Below, piece by piece: positions 39,932 through 48,156 of a stretch of DNA of 64,000 nucleotides. The number at the start of each line of letters is the position of its first letter. Positions within the stretch are counted from its first letter, which is position 1. The DNA is taken from positions 896,001 to 960,000 of the forward strand of contig OY970280.1 in the NCBI GenBank assembly GCA_963715865.1, written 5' to 3'. The notes below the pieces were generated by a model that saw nothing but the letters and a program-made list of their open reading frames with translations, was not told where the DNA came from and made no database searches. The position numbers and the translations under genes are program-made. The DNA comes from Candidatus Bathyarchaeota archaeon. Lineage in GTDB: Archaea; Thermoproteota; Bathyarchaeia; Bathyarchaeales; Bathycorpusculaceae.

Positions 39932-40852
39932 TTGTACACCGCCTTAGAAACACCCAACGACACATCAATACTAAACGTATTAATCAACATGAAAAACAAC
40001 AACAAAAGCGACAGCACAATCAAATTTACAAGAAAAGCATTAAACAGATTAAGCAGTAAAGCAAAACTGAATGAACCCAAAGAAATAAAATCATTCATAG
40101 CCAACCTTAAAACAACAAACGCCTACAAAAGAAACCTCTGCATCGCATACAACAAATACGCAAAATACTATAAAATTCAATGGGAAATGCCACTATACCA
40201 ACAGGAAGAACAAAACATAGCACTCCCAACAAAAGAACGAATAGACGCACTCATAGCAAACGCAAGTACAGTAATGTCAACCAAACTAACATTAAGCAAA
40301 GAAACAGGACTACGACCCGTAGAACTATGCAGACTAAAAGTCAAAGACATAGACACCGACACAAACAAAGTTTATCCAATAACCGCTAAACATGGACAAG
40401 CCAGAACACTAAACATAAGCACAAACCTAAGCCAAAGACTTAAAGAATACATAACCAAAAACAAACTACAAAAAGAAGACAAACTTTGGCAAGAAGACGC
40501 AGACCACTACGGAGCAAACTTTCGCGAAATGCGAAACAAATTAGCCATAAAACTTAATGACCCAAAAATAGCTGAAATCAGACTATACGACCTAAGACAT
40601 TACTTCTGCACAATAACACTGCACAACACAAACGACACATACTACACAATGGTACAAATGGGTCACAAACACCTAACAACAACACAAAAATACTTACACC
40701 TAATCGCAAACTCAGGAAACGAAGAATACACAAGCAAAGCAGTACAAACAGGAACACCAACAACACTAAAAGAAATCATGCAACTAATAGATGAAGGATA
40801 CACCAAAGCAGACGAAATCGAAGGAATCCACATCTACAAGAAGAGGAAATAA
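39932..40852 (+). CDS. Tyrosine integrase, int(C) portion (frame open from 39893)
   Basis: KETGLRPVE (R), AKHG (K), YDLRHYF (R), MGH and terminal KY; frame runs through att copy 1. Confidence 0.92.
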   Translation: MYTALETPNDTSILNVLINMKNNNKSDSTIKFTRKALNRLSSKAKLNEPKEIKSFIANLKTTNAYKRNLCIAYNKYAKYYKIQWEMPLYQQEEQNIALPTKERIDALIANASTVMSTKLTLSKETGLRPVELCRLKVKDIDTDTNKVYPITAKHGQARTLNISTNLSQRLKEYITKNKLQKEDKLWQEDADHYGANFREMRNKLAIKLNDPKIAEIRLYDLRHYFCTITLHNTNDTYYTMVQMGHKHLTTTQKYLHLIANSGNEEYTSKAVQTGTPTTLKEIMQLIDEGYTKADEIEGIHIYKKRK

Positions 40853-40890
40853 ACAACCCTCTCTTTTCTTCAGACACAAGTCAAACACAT

Positions 40891-40920
40891 GCTACGCTCC
40901 GCTACGCTCCGCTACGCCCC
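40891..40920 (+). repeat. Tandem 10-mers GCTACGCTCC-GCTACGCTCC-GCTACGCCCC followed by a T7 run
   Basis: Read directly, between convergent gene ends. Confidence 0.85.
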
Positions 40921-40952
40921 TTTTTTTAACAAAAAACATAAAAACAAAAACA

Positions 40953-41147
40953 TTATGAAAACAAAACCTTCTCAAAAGCCCCACAATCAGGATTAACACA
41001 TACAAACAAATCATTATGAATAACACGAATATCAAATTCAACATAATATTCTAAAATAAAACCACAAGAAGGACACAATTTCACATGTAATTGAGAACCA
41101 AGTTTAGATAAATAAGAACGCTTAGAAACAGGAATATGCCAACTCAT
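40953..41147 (-). CDS. Small Zn-finger protein
   Basis: CPSC and CVNPDC; ATGA overlap with the upstream gene. Confidence 0.7.
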   Translation of the reverse strand: MSWHIPVSKRSYLSKLGSQLHVKLCPSCGFILEYYVEFDIRVIHNDLFVCVNPDCGAFEKVLFS

Positions 41148-41368
41148 AAATTAGCTATCACCGCCAAACCAGAAACATCATTATCCAAACCATAACGAAA
41201 CTCCATTTCAACAGAAGACAAATCTTGAAGAACCAACAAAAGAGGAAAAATACCAAAATTACCAAACCGCAAATAAAAACGGTACTGAAACTTACCAATC
41301 CCTTCACAAGCAAAAAAAACAACATCATCCGTCAAATAAAAACCATAAAAAACAGCCTTATCAACCAC
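41144..41368 (-). CDS. Hypothetical protein
   Basis: Frame is open up to about 41425 (CTG after GAGGTG), next to the Rep stop codon. Confidence 0.55.
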   Translation of the reverse strand: MVDKAVFYGFYLTDDVVFFACEGIGKFQYRFYLRFGNFGIFPLLLVLQDLSSVEMEFRYGLDNDVSGLAVIANL

Positions 41369-41417
41369 TTTTTTACCCTTAACAAACTTAACCTCAGAAA
41401 CAGGAACCTCAAAAGAT

Positions 41418-42560
41418 TTATTCAGAGTTACACCTCAAATTACCATCCGAATCCTTAACAAACAAATTACCGCCAAAAGCATCATACATATCCAAAATCA
41501 AATGCCTATGAAAATCAGGCGAACTCTCAACAGTACAAATCTTAACCCCACCGCAACCGCATTGACTAATTCTAACAAGTTCCAAACCGCAAAGAGGACA
41601 AACACGCTTATCCTTCTCAGGCTTATAATGCAACTTATGATAACCAGCCACACCAAACCAAGTCAACGGATAAAACCGTTTACCACCCTTAAGAGAACTA
41701 ATCTTAATCGACGAATGCCCTAACTGATACCAAATCGTACCAACAACAGTTTTACGTTCACCCTCAACCTTACAAATATAACCATCAGTCTTATTCTGCT
41801 CACGGGTCAACTGCTCAAAACCATCACAATGACAAGCCCGATTACAACCCGAAGAAGTACCCCCATGAGAAATCCATTGAGCAAAATCAGGACAATTTCG
41901 ACACCGAGCATAGCTCTCTTTCAGAAAACCAACAATATGCCAATGAGGAGCAAAAAACCACCCTAAACTTGCATCAGAAGTATTCAACTGTTGCCACTCA
42001 CGAAAACCATGATACCGAAAAGCATGAAAGATGACCAAACCGCCAATAATACCCCGCTTAAACGCAATCTTCAACGCCTTAGCATGTAACTTCTCATAAC
42101 TTAAACCATAATCAGACACAGGAACACTCAAAATAATATGCTCTATCTTTCCAAATTGCTTAGAAGCAAACTGTAAACGTTTCTCAGCCTTCCGAGCCTC
42201 ACGAGAAGCCCAACCAAACTTATAACAGACTCTACAAGACGGCTTATTACAATGAATCGAAGCAACATAAACATAAGCCTTATTCGCAAAATTACCAACT
42301 AAACTGTTCACATGACCCTTAACGTTAAGGCATCCTTCTAAATGAGAATGAGAACCACACGAACGATTAGTTTGCTCTTCAAGCCCGACTAACTCAAAAT
42401 CACCATGACGACCCCAAGTCGCATTAACCGCCTTAAAATCAGTCTCAGCAGAAACCTCATCATTCTTCATATCTTTCTGATAAACACGATAAATCTGTTC
42501 AAACTCACTGTCACAATATAAACGCAAAGGAAAAACGCAAAGCGAAACCTTCTTAGTCAA
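41418..42560 (-). CDS. Putative HUH rolling-circle replication initiator
   Basis: HIILSVP (motif I-like), PHWHIVG (HUH), WYQLGH (Tyr motif), several Cys clusters including a C-terminal CPLCG. Confidence 0.68.
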   Translation of the reverse strand: MTKKVSLCVFPLRLYCDSEFEQIYRVYQKDMKNDEVSAETDFKAVNATWGRHGDFELVGLEEQTNRSCGSHSHLEGCLNVKGHVNSLVGNFANKAYVYVASIHCNKPSCRVCYKFGWASREARKAEKRLQFASKQFGKIEHIILSVPVSDYGLSYEKLHAKALKIAFKRGIIGGLVIFHAFRYHGFREWQQLNTSDASLGWFFAPHWHIVGFLKESYARCRNCPDFAQWISHGGTSSGCNRACHCDGFEQLTREQNKTDGYICKVEGERKTVVGTIWYQLGHSSIKISSLKGGKRFYPLTWFGVAGYHKLHYKPEKDKRVCPLCGLELVRISQCGCGGVKICTVESSPDFHRHLILDMYDAFGGNLFVKDSDGNLRCNSE

Positions 42561-42745
42561 ACACCAAGCCCCCCAAGTTTTTCAAAATGAAAATGGCAAC
42601 AATCCTTATTCCGAGCAGGAACCAACAAACCATCTTTCCAATCACACTGAAAGCCAGCTTTAGGATTCAAACGACAAATACAACCATTAGCGTAACAATC
42701 CACATAATCGCAGTCACAAACACCAAAAACAGGAACAGGCATCAT
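42557..42745 (-). CDS. Small Cys-rich protein
   Basis: Eight Cys; overlapping start/stop with both neighbours. Confidence 0.55.
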   Translation of the reverse strand: MMPVPVFGVCDCDYVDCYANGCICRLNPKAGFQCDWKDGLLVPARNKDCCHFHFEKLGGLGV

Positions 42746-42882
42746 TCAGAACCCCCATTATGCACCTTACGAATAAGCTTAATCAACAAATCAGCCAGCT
42801 CCTTACTAAAAACACCTAAAAACGGAGAAGTAAACACAATAATAGCAATCAAGCCATAGCCAACAGAAGCCAAAACAATCAA
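42742..42882 (-). CDS. 46-aa single-TM protein (not in ORF track)
   Basis: TTG start in a TTGA overlap; MIVLASVGYGLIAIIVFTSPFLGVFSKELADLLIKLIRKVHNGGSE; stop overlaps the next ATG. Confidence 0.6.
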   Translation of the reverse strand: MIVLASVGYGLIAIIVFTSPFLGVFSKELADLLIKLIRKVHNGGSE

Positions 42883-43151
42883 CGCTCCAAATCTGGAAAA
42901 CCATCCAGCTTATCACAAATCCACGTTAAATGAAACCCATCAAAATGAAAAGAAAACCTATAACGTTTACCGCCAGACCGACAAGCCCCAGAACCCAAAA
43001 CACAGAGGCAAAAAGGCTTACCAAAACGAGTTAAACCAATGAAATTAGCAGAAGGACAAACACTCAAACGGTCTTTTTCAGCCTTACCAACGATAACAGA
43101 ACCAACAACGACTTCTATATTCTTACTCAATCTTAACAAGCTCCAGACCAT
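42879..43151 (-). CDS. Hypothetical protein
   Basis: Part of the overlapping leftward gene chain. Confidence 0.5.
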   Translation of the reverse strand: MVWSLLRLSKNIEVVVGSVIVGKAEKDRLSVCPSANFIGLTRFGKPFCLCVLGSGACRSGGKRYRFSFHFDGFHLTWICDKLDGFPDLER

Positions 43152-43329
43152 CGAATATTAGAAGGGATTTACCCTTATCCAAACATTCAACAGCCCAAAG
43201 CTGATTCTCCATCATCATAAAATACAAATCATCGACACAAAGGTCGAAAACAATACTAAATTCTTTAGAGGCACGTTTATGATAAACATAAACAGACGAA
43301 CCGTTATCACGAAACGCCTTAAGTGCCAT
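43123..43329 (-). CDS. Hypothetical protein
   Basis: First ATG ORF of the leftward operon. Confidence 0.5.
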   Translation of the reverse strand: MALKAFRDNGSSVYVYHKRASKEFSIVFDLCVDDLYFMMMENQLWAVECLDKGKSLLIFDGLELVKIE

Positions 43330-43393
43330 AACCCCTAATGCAATCTACTAATATAAAAAACTTTTCATGTCTATAGCATATACCGTAGCATGA

Positions 43394-43615
43394 TATAGTC
43401 AACGACTATAAAACATTACACACAACAAAAACGAAAAAGGGCTTGCGTACCTAACAGATGTTTAAGCCATCTGGCAAGCCCCACACAAAAGGACAAAACA
43501 AAGACAAAGTAACTCTTTTTAGGAAAAGAGATTACAGAAAAACCTTGAAACTAAACTGGAAGCGCAACACTCACAAAGAGTGTGCGAATTAACGAGCCAT
43601 CTACTCTTTCCAGAA
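43394..43615. other. Hairpin-rich non-coding region, candidate replication origin
   Basis: TATAGTC-AAC-GACTATA (43394-43410); GGGCTTGC...CAGATG-TTTAAGC-CATCTG-GCAAGCCC (43439-43481); further inverted repeats to about 43615. Confidence 0.5.
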
Positions 43616-44235
43616 AGAGATAGCAGAAAGCAACGCAACACGGCGAAAAAAGCTAAAAGTGGCGAGCCAGAGGTAAAAATGAGCCAATTTTTTTCCCTAA
43701 GTGCAAGTTCTCCAATTTCACGGAAAAAAAATGCTTGATAGCCCGTATTCCCCTTTTCACATATAATAGAAAAGGGAACCCCGAGCGGTGCCTCATTTTT
43801 ATCCACTTTTCCGAGCTTTTTTCGCCAAGCCAAAAACGAGAAAGAGTGTTAATAATGAAAATATATAGAAAAAGGCTAAAGACCAAACTTTCTTAAAAAA
43901 AGTTACAAAGAACTTATGGAAAAGAAAACATGAACGCATACGCTAACATATTTACGATATACCTGTAAAGCATCATAAACCGTTAAAAAACAGTTAATCT
44001 AAAAACTACAAATTAAAACGCTAAAACAAAAGTGATAAACAGCTAAAAAAAATGTAGAGATTAACCTACACTCAAACAAGCAAATGATAACAAAGTAACC
44101 ATTAAACCACAGGTTAAAAAAAGGTACAAAATCACCACCCCAACAATATCGTAACAAATTGTACCAAATAGAACATTAATGTATCAATAATATATAAAAA
44201 CATATATACAAATATCAATATATCCTAACATACCT

Positions 44236-44382
44236 ATGGTGAAAATTAAAATGGGAAAAACAACAATAATCTTAACCCAAGAAAACGAGAACCAAATCAG
44301 AATACGAAACCGTAAAAAAGGAGATATATCAAACACAATCAACCAAGCATTAGAACAATACTTCAAGAAGGTAGAACAATGA
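44236..44382 (+). CDS. RHH/CopG-like regulator (48 aa, not in ORF track)
   Basis: MVKIKMGKTTIILTQENENQIRIRNRKKGDISNTINQALEQYFKKVEQ. Confidence 0.65.
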   Translation: MVKIKMGKTTIILTQENENQIRIRNRKKGDISNTINQALEQYFKKVEQ

Positions 44383-44460
44383 CAGAAACAACAATAGAAA
44401 TAATAACAACAGAACCCACAAAAGAACGTACGATTAAGGCGGGTTACAACCAACACACCA
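44379..44460 (+). other. int(N) fragment of element A integrase
   Basis: ATG coupled to the RHH stop; MTETTIEIITTEPTKERTI-KAGYNQHT enters att copy 2 in the same frame in which att copy 1 leads into int(C). Confidence 0.8.
44436..44460 (+). repeat. att copy 2
   Basis: Exact 25-mer (26 bp shared with copy 1). Confidence 0.95.
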
Positions 44461-44540
44461 CGCCCAATTTCTGCTTACAATTGCTAAACTTACTTCTTTT
44501 TGTAAACTGCTTTGTCAACAAAGAACAGCATGATCTGGCA

Positions 44541-45494
44541 TTAATGCAAAACTTGCAAAAGAATAGCAATAATTGCTAAAGAAGCTGCAAAATATGGTGA
44601 TCGTGCTACAGCCTTTAAGGTATCAATGGGCGTGACAACTGTTATCATTGACGATAACTCTGATATTGGGTATTCCTTGTCATCTCTTCCAGTTTTGATA
44701 TTTTTTAAGGCTGTTAAAGCATCTCTAAGATCCTCCTTGCGTTGGGCCACACGCAAAGACTTGAGGAAGAGTTCAATTTGATTCCTGACTACAATCAGTT
44801 CATCATCTTTTCCCGCCAGAAATTCGCAGCAAGCTATCTTGCTGTATTCTTTTAAACCCTCAATACTGACATGGACGACCATAACTTGATTGAGATAGTC
44901 ATTATAAGCGTCTAACCCGGTATCAAAAAGATTTGAAAAGCTCTTTATTATTTTCTTTCTTTCAAGCTCATCTTGTACTTGTCTTACATTTATTGCTTTA
45001 ATTAAGGCTAGTTTAATGTAAATACGAGCCTTCCTATATTTTGATAAAGAGCCGATTAGCAAAAAAACCGATATTAGCAATAATGGTAGCGTAAGATTGA
45101 GAGAATAATCAATTAAAGAGTAAAGTCCTCCATTATTTTTAATCCATTGTGGATAATAAGCAAGCAATAAAATGGAAGTAGCAAACAATAATGTGAAAAT
45201 AAACATAAGGAAGGCAACAAAATATGTTCGGTATTTGTCTATAAAAATGAGGTTGCCTGGGTACAGTTCTTTCTTGCTTAATGAAATATAAATTCGACTA
45301 TGTATTAAAACTGCAGTTGCAAGAATAATTGTCCAAATATAGATAGTTAAAGACGATGGAGCTAAATAATATATAATCTCAAAAATGGTTAAGATGATTA
45401 TGATTAAGCTTAGCTCAATGAGCCTAATGTGTTGCCCATACGAATGATAAAACCTTTCGCTCAGTTTTATTCTCTTAAACGCTTTTGAAAACAT
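44541..45494 (-). CDS. Hypothetical multi-TM protein
   Basis: About four N-terminal hydrophobic segments, helical soluble region, C-terminal hydrophobic end. Confidence 0.75.
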   Translation of the reverse strand: MFSKAFKRIKLSERFYHSYGQHIRLIELSLIIIILTIFEIIYYLAPSSLTIYIWTIILATAVLIHSRIYISLSKKELYPGNLIFIDKYRTYFVAFLMFIFTLLFATSILLLAYYPQWIKNNGGLYSLIDYSLNLTLPLLLISVFLLIGSLSKYRKARIYIKLALIKAINVRQVQDELERKKIIKSFSNLFDTGLDAYNDYLNQVMVVHVSIEGLKEYSKIACCEFLAGKDDELIVVRNQIELFLKSLRVAQRKEDLRDALTALKNIKTGRDDKEYPISELSSMITVVTPIDTLKAVARSPYFAASLAIIAILLQVLH

Positions 45495-45629
45495 GTGTGA
45501 TTAAATGACCTTTGTGGTTAAATATTTTGGCGTTAGATCAAGGTAGAGTCTTGTTGATTTGTTTTAACTTAAATAAAACGCCTATTCATAGACTGAAACT
45601 CTTCAATTTTTAATTTAACTATTCCCAAT

Positions 45630-46457
45630 ATGCTTAAATTTAGTTCCTCACCAAAGAATTGCAAAGGTCTCTCCATAATGGCAAGTACATTCAGTTTGAA
45701 AAGATCCTATTTGGTGTTAATTCTATTAGCTATTTTTTTTAGCGCCTTATCTTCTTACTTATTTTTTGCTTACAAAGAACAGTGGTTCTCAGCTTATTCT
45801 ACCAGCATTGCTTCAGGGATTGTAGGTTCATTAATAGTGATTTTTCTTATTGACCGAATAATTGAGAGAAACCGAGAAAGGGAACAAATGCAAATGAGAA
45901 AAATTGCTCTGGAAAAGCTGCGCATACCAATTGTATGGCAAATGATGTTGTTATGTAATGTGTATAAAGCTGCTTCAAAAGACAAACCACAGAAGCTACC
46001 ATCCAACTTTCAAGAGATATTTACGGACAATTTTTACACTGAAGTATCATTCCTTGATTTTGCCAAGGATGCTGGCGTTACGCCGAAGACGGATTGGTTC
46101 AACCGCTTGGATTCAGAGCTCCGATTCTTTAAGAAAAAAATTGAGCAAACCATTGATACTTACGCTATTTTTTGTGATAGCTCATTCATTAGTCTGCTTG
46201 AGAAGCTCATCAACTCACACTTTACCTTTTTTATTATTCAGGCAAAAGCTATTCCGATTGTAGACATGCAAATGGGATTCAAACGTCGCTATACTATGTT
46301 CTCAGGAACTGAAGAATTTTTGAAAGAACATGCTCTTCTTATGCTTCAGCTAATTGATTACTTCAATTCGGAAGCTGAAAAACCAATTGAATTTGATACA
46401 AGTATTTGGAGAGATGATGTTTCTCCACTATGGGGTAGCGGGCGAGTTCAAGGTTAG
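45630..46457 (+). CDS. Hypothetical protein, two N-terminal TMs plus soluble domain
   Basis: 275-aa ORF; ATG near 45678 is the likely start. Confidence 0.75.
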   Translation: MLKFSSSPKNCKGLSIMASTFSLKRSYLVLILLAIFFSALSSYLFFAYKEQWFSAYSTSIASGIVGSLIVIFLIDRIIERNREREQMQMRKIALEKLRIPIVWQMMLLCNVYKAASKDKPQKLPSNFQEIFTDNFYTEVSFLDFAKDAGVTPKTDWFNRLDSELRFFKKKIEQTIDTYAIFCDSSFISLLEKLINSHFTFFIIQAKAIPIVDMQMGFKRRYTMFSGTEEFLKEHALLMLQLIDYFNSEAEKPIEFDTSIWRDDVSPLWGSGRVQG

Positions 46458-46506
46458 CCAATATATAGCAAAAGGAAAAAGCCTAGCTTTATTGATAACC
46501 CACCAT

Positions 46507-46829
46507 CTATTTGGGTTTTCTAAAAGCATGATGCCTTCGGTAGTAATGCAAACAAAGCTGAAGCCATCTTCAGTTAGTCTCTGAGCCTCTTCTGTCGTTT
46601 TAGCAATTGCTGAATAGTATTTGTCTCCCTCAGTTTTGATTAGATGCGTATATACCATTGTCGAGTTTATATTTTTATGACCTAATCTTTCTTGGACATG
46701 CAGAAGGACGTTTGTTTTAGCGTATTCTGTTGAACCAAACCAATGTCTGAGGCTATGAAACTTTATTTGATTAAGCCTTGGATTTTGTAATTTTATCGCA
46801 AGTCTTTTTCTCTGCTTTTCATAACTCCA
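46507..46829 (-). pseudogene. C-terminal remnant of a tyrosine integrase
   Basis: YEKQRKRLAIKLQNPRLNQIKFHSLRHWFG...LGHKNINSTMVYTHLI; stop immediately upstream (46830-46832); adding one T at 46522-46525 restores an MLFRKPK-stop ending. Confidence 0.85.
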
Positions 46830-46840
46830 TCAGTGACGCT

Positions 46841-47167
46841 TCAATTTTGCTTGGATTCTTTGTAGAGAAGGATTAGCCCCGCCAAGATAAGTAATGCTGG
46901 AACTACTCTAAAGATGACATTGAAAAAATAAATCCAACCCCAAGGAATGATGTAGGTTAATACAACTTCCATCCTAAGATAAATGTAGCTAATTACAATG
47001 GGTAAAGCTATCCATCCAACCGCTAGCAAAGCAGAGCCGACACCCATAATTAGGTATCCTTTCTTCTTCATCTTGAGAAAAAAGAAAGTTGAAACTGCTC
47101 CGACCATACCAAATATTATTGCTGGCAAGTAACTATTCAAAAGATCATACAGCAATGTTTCCCACAT
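46841..47167 (-). CDS. Small three-TM membrane protein
   Basis: Hydrophobic ATG ORF. Confidence 0.65.
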   Translation of the reverse strand: MWETLLYDLLNSYLPAIIFGMVGAVSTFFFLKMKKKGYLIMGVGSALLAVGWIALPIVISYIYLRMEVVLTYIIPWGWIYFFNVIFRVVPALLILAGLILLYKESKQN

Positions 47168-47604
47168 TTTTACGCCCTCAATTGGTTAGGTATTAAGTCT
47201 TACCGCTTATAATTTTTTCAATAACTTAACCTGTAACCCGCTAAACAACACGAAATTCTATTAGTGATTGCCAATTAAAGATTAGATTATGCCTTAGATT
47301 TTCTCAAGATATGACAGTATATCTCAAGTTAAGTCTCGGCGTCGCTCCGCTCCACCTCGACGTTTACAAAATCAACCAACCGCGTTTTCGATGGCAAAAC
47401 TAAAGTCAATTCCAATACCTAAACCACTTCTAAGAAACAGAACTCGGCAATCAACCTTTGAGACTGACTTTATAATGGTTCAATTTGATATTCCTTAAAT
47501 ATAGTGTTACAACAATTAGCCTAGAATTGTCGATCCGATGTTTTAGTATTGCATGAAAATGCCAAAAGTTTTATCTTGTCTCTTAAACAATACTTAAACT
47601 TTAA

Positions 47605-48156
47605 TTGAAGGTAAGACAAATGGGAAGACTTAGCCTTGCATTCAAAACAAAGTATGGCGATATCAGAATTGAAGGCGATTCACTCGCAGATTTCAAGAAT
47701 ATTTTGCTAGAAATTGGAGTTTCAGAGATAGACATAGAGAGTATTAGAAACACAATCACATCCCAAATCGAGCATCAAGACATTATTGTTAGTATTCCTT
47801 CAATTCCAATTAGTTCATCAAAACCCGAGCTTACGGGAGTAATTGAGTATGGAAATGATGGGACTCCTCATATCACAATATCTTCTGACAAATTAACTGC
47901 AAGAGAAGTTATAGGTCTTCTTCTGTATACAAAAAGTCCAAATTCAATTTCCATGGGCGAACTTACTAACTTAGTAAAAAACAACTGGAAAAATGTTGAT
48001 ATGACGCAGATTTCGGCTAATCTAAGTTTTATGCGAGCTTATGTAATTAAAGAAGGGACAAGAGGCTCTTATTCATACAGACTCTCTGGGTCGGGCAAAG
48101 AATGGATTGAAAATGAACTGCTTCCAAAACTAAGGATGAAGTCAGTAAAGGCTTAG
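47605..48156 (+). CDS. Protein with a C-terminal winged-helix domain
   Basis: LTAREVIGLLL...ISANLSFMRAYVIKEGTRGSYSYRLSGSGKEWI. Confidence 0.7.
   Translation: MKVRQMGRLSLAFKTKYGDIRIEGDSLADFKNILLEIGVSEIDIESIRNTITSQIEHQDIIVSIPSIPISSSKPELTGVIEYGNDGTPHITISSDKLTAREVIGLLLYTKSPNSISMGELTNLVKNNWKNVDMTQISANLSFMRAYVIKEGTRGSYSYRLSGSGKEWIENELLPKLRMKSVKA

Larger units (their letters stand above)
39921..44460. mobile_element. Element A: 4540-bp rolling-circle-like integrative element in rnpB
   Basis: Bounded by att copies 1 and 2; carries integrase, HUH-type Rep and RHH genes; strong strand compositional bias. Confidence 0.88.

Noticed and set aside
43519-44456. Minus-strand ORFs 43519-43833, 43653-43886 and 44184-44456
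   Set aside because: Likely products of the stop-poor G/T-rich strand in a hairpin-rich control region; no protein-like features.
44461-44579. Continuation of ORF 44379-44579 beyond att copy 2
   Set aside because: A chimeric read-through that overlaps the convergent 44541 gene; only the part up to att is treated as meaningful.
46428-46658. ORF-track 76-aa protein
   Set aside because: It is the tail of the integrase pseudogene, extended by a frameshift.
47232-47241. Inverted 10-nt match to att (GCGGGTTACA) upstream of the integrase remnant
   Set aside because: Too short. A 9-nt match also occurs in core DNA at 18862-18870, so chance is sufficient.
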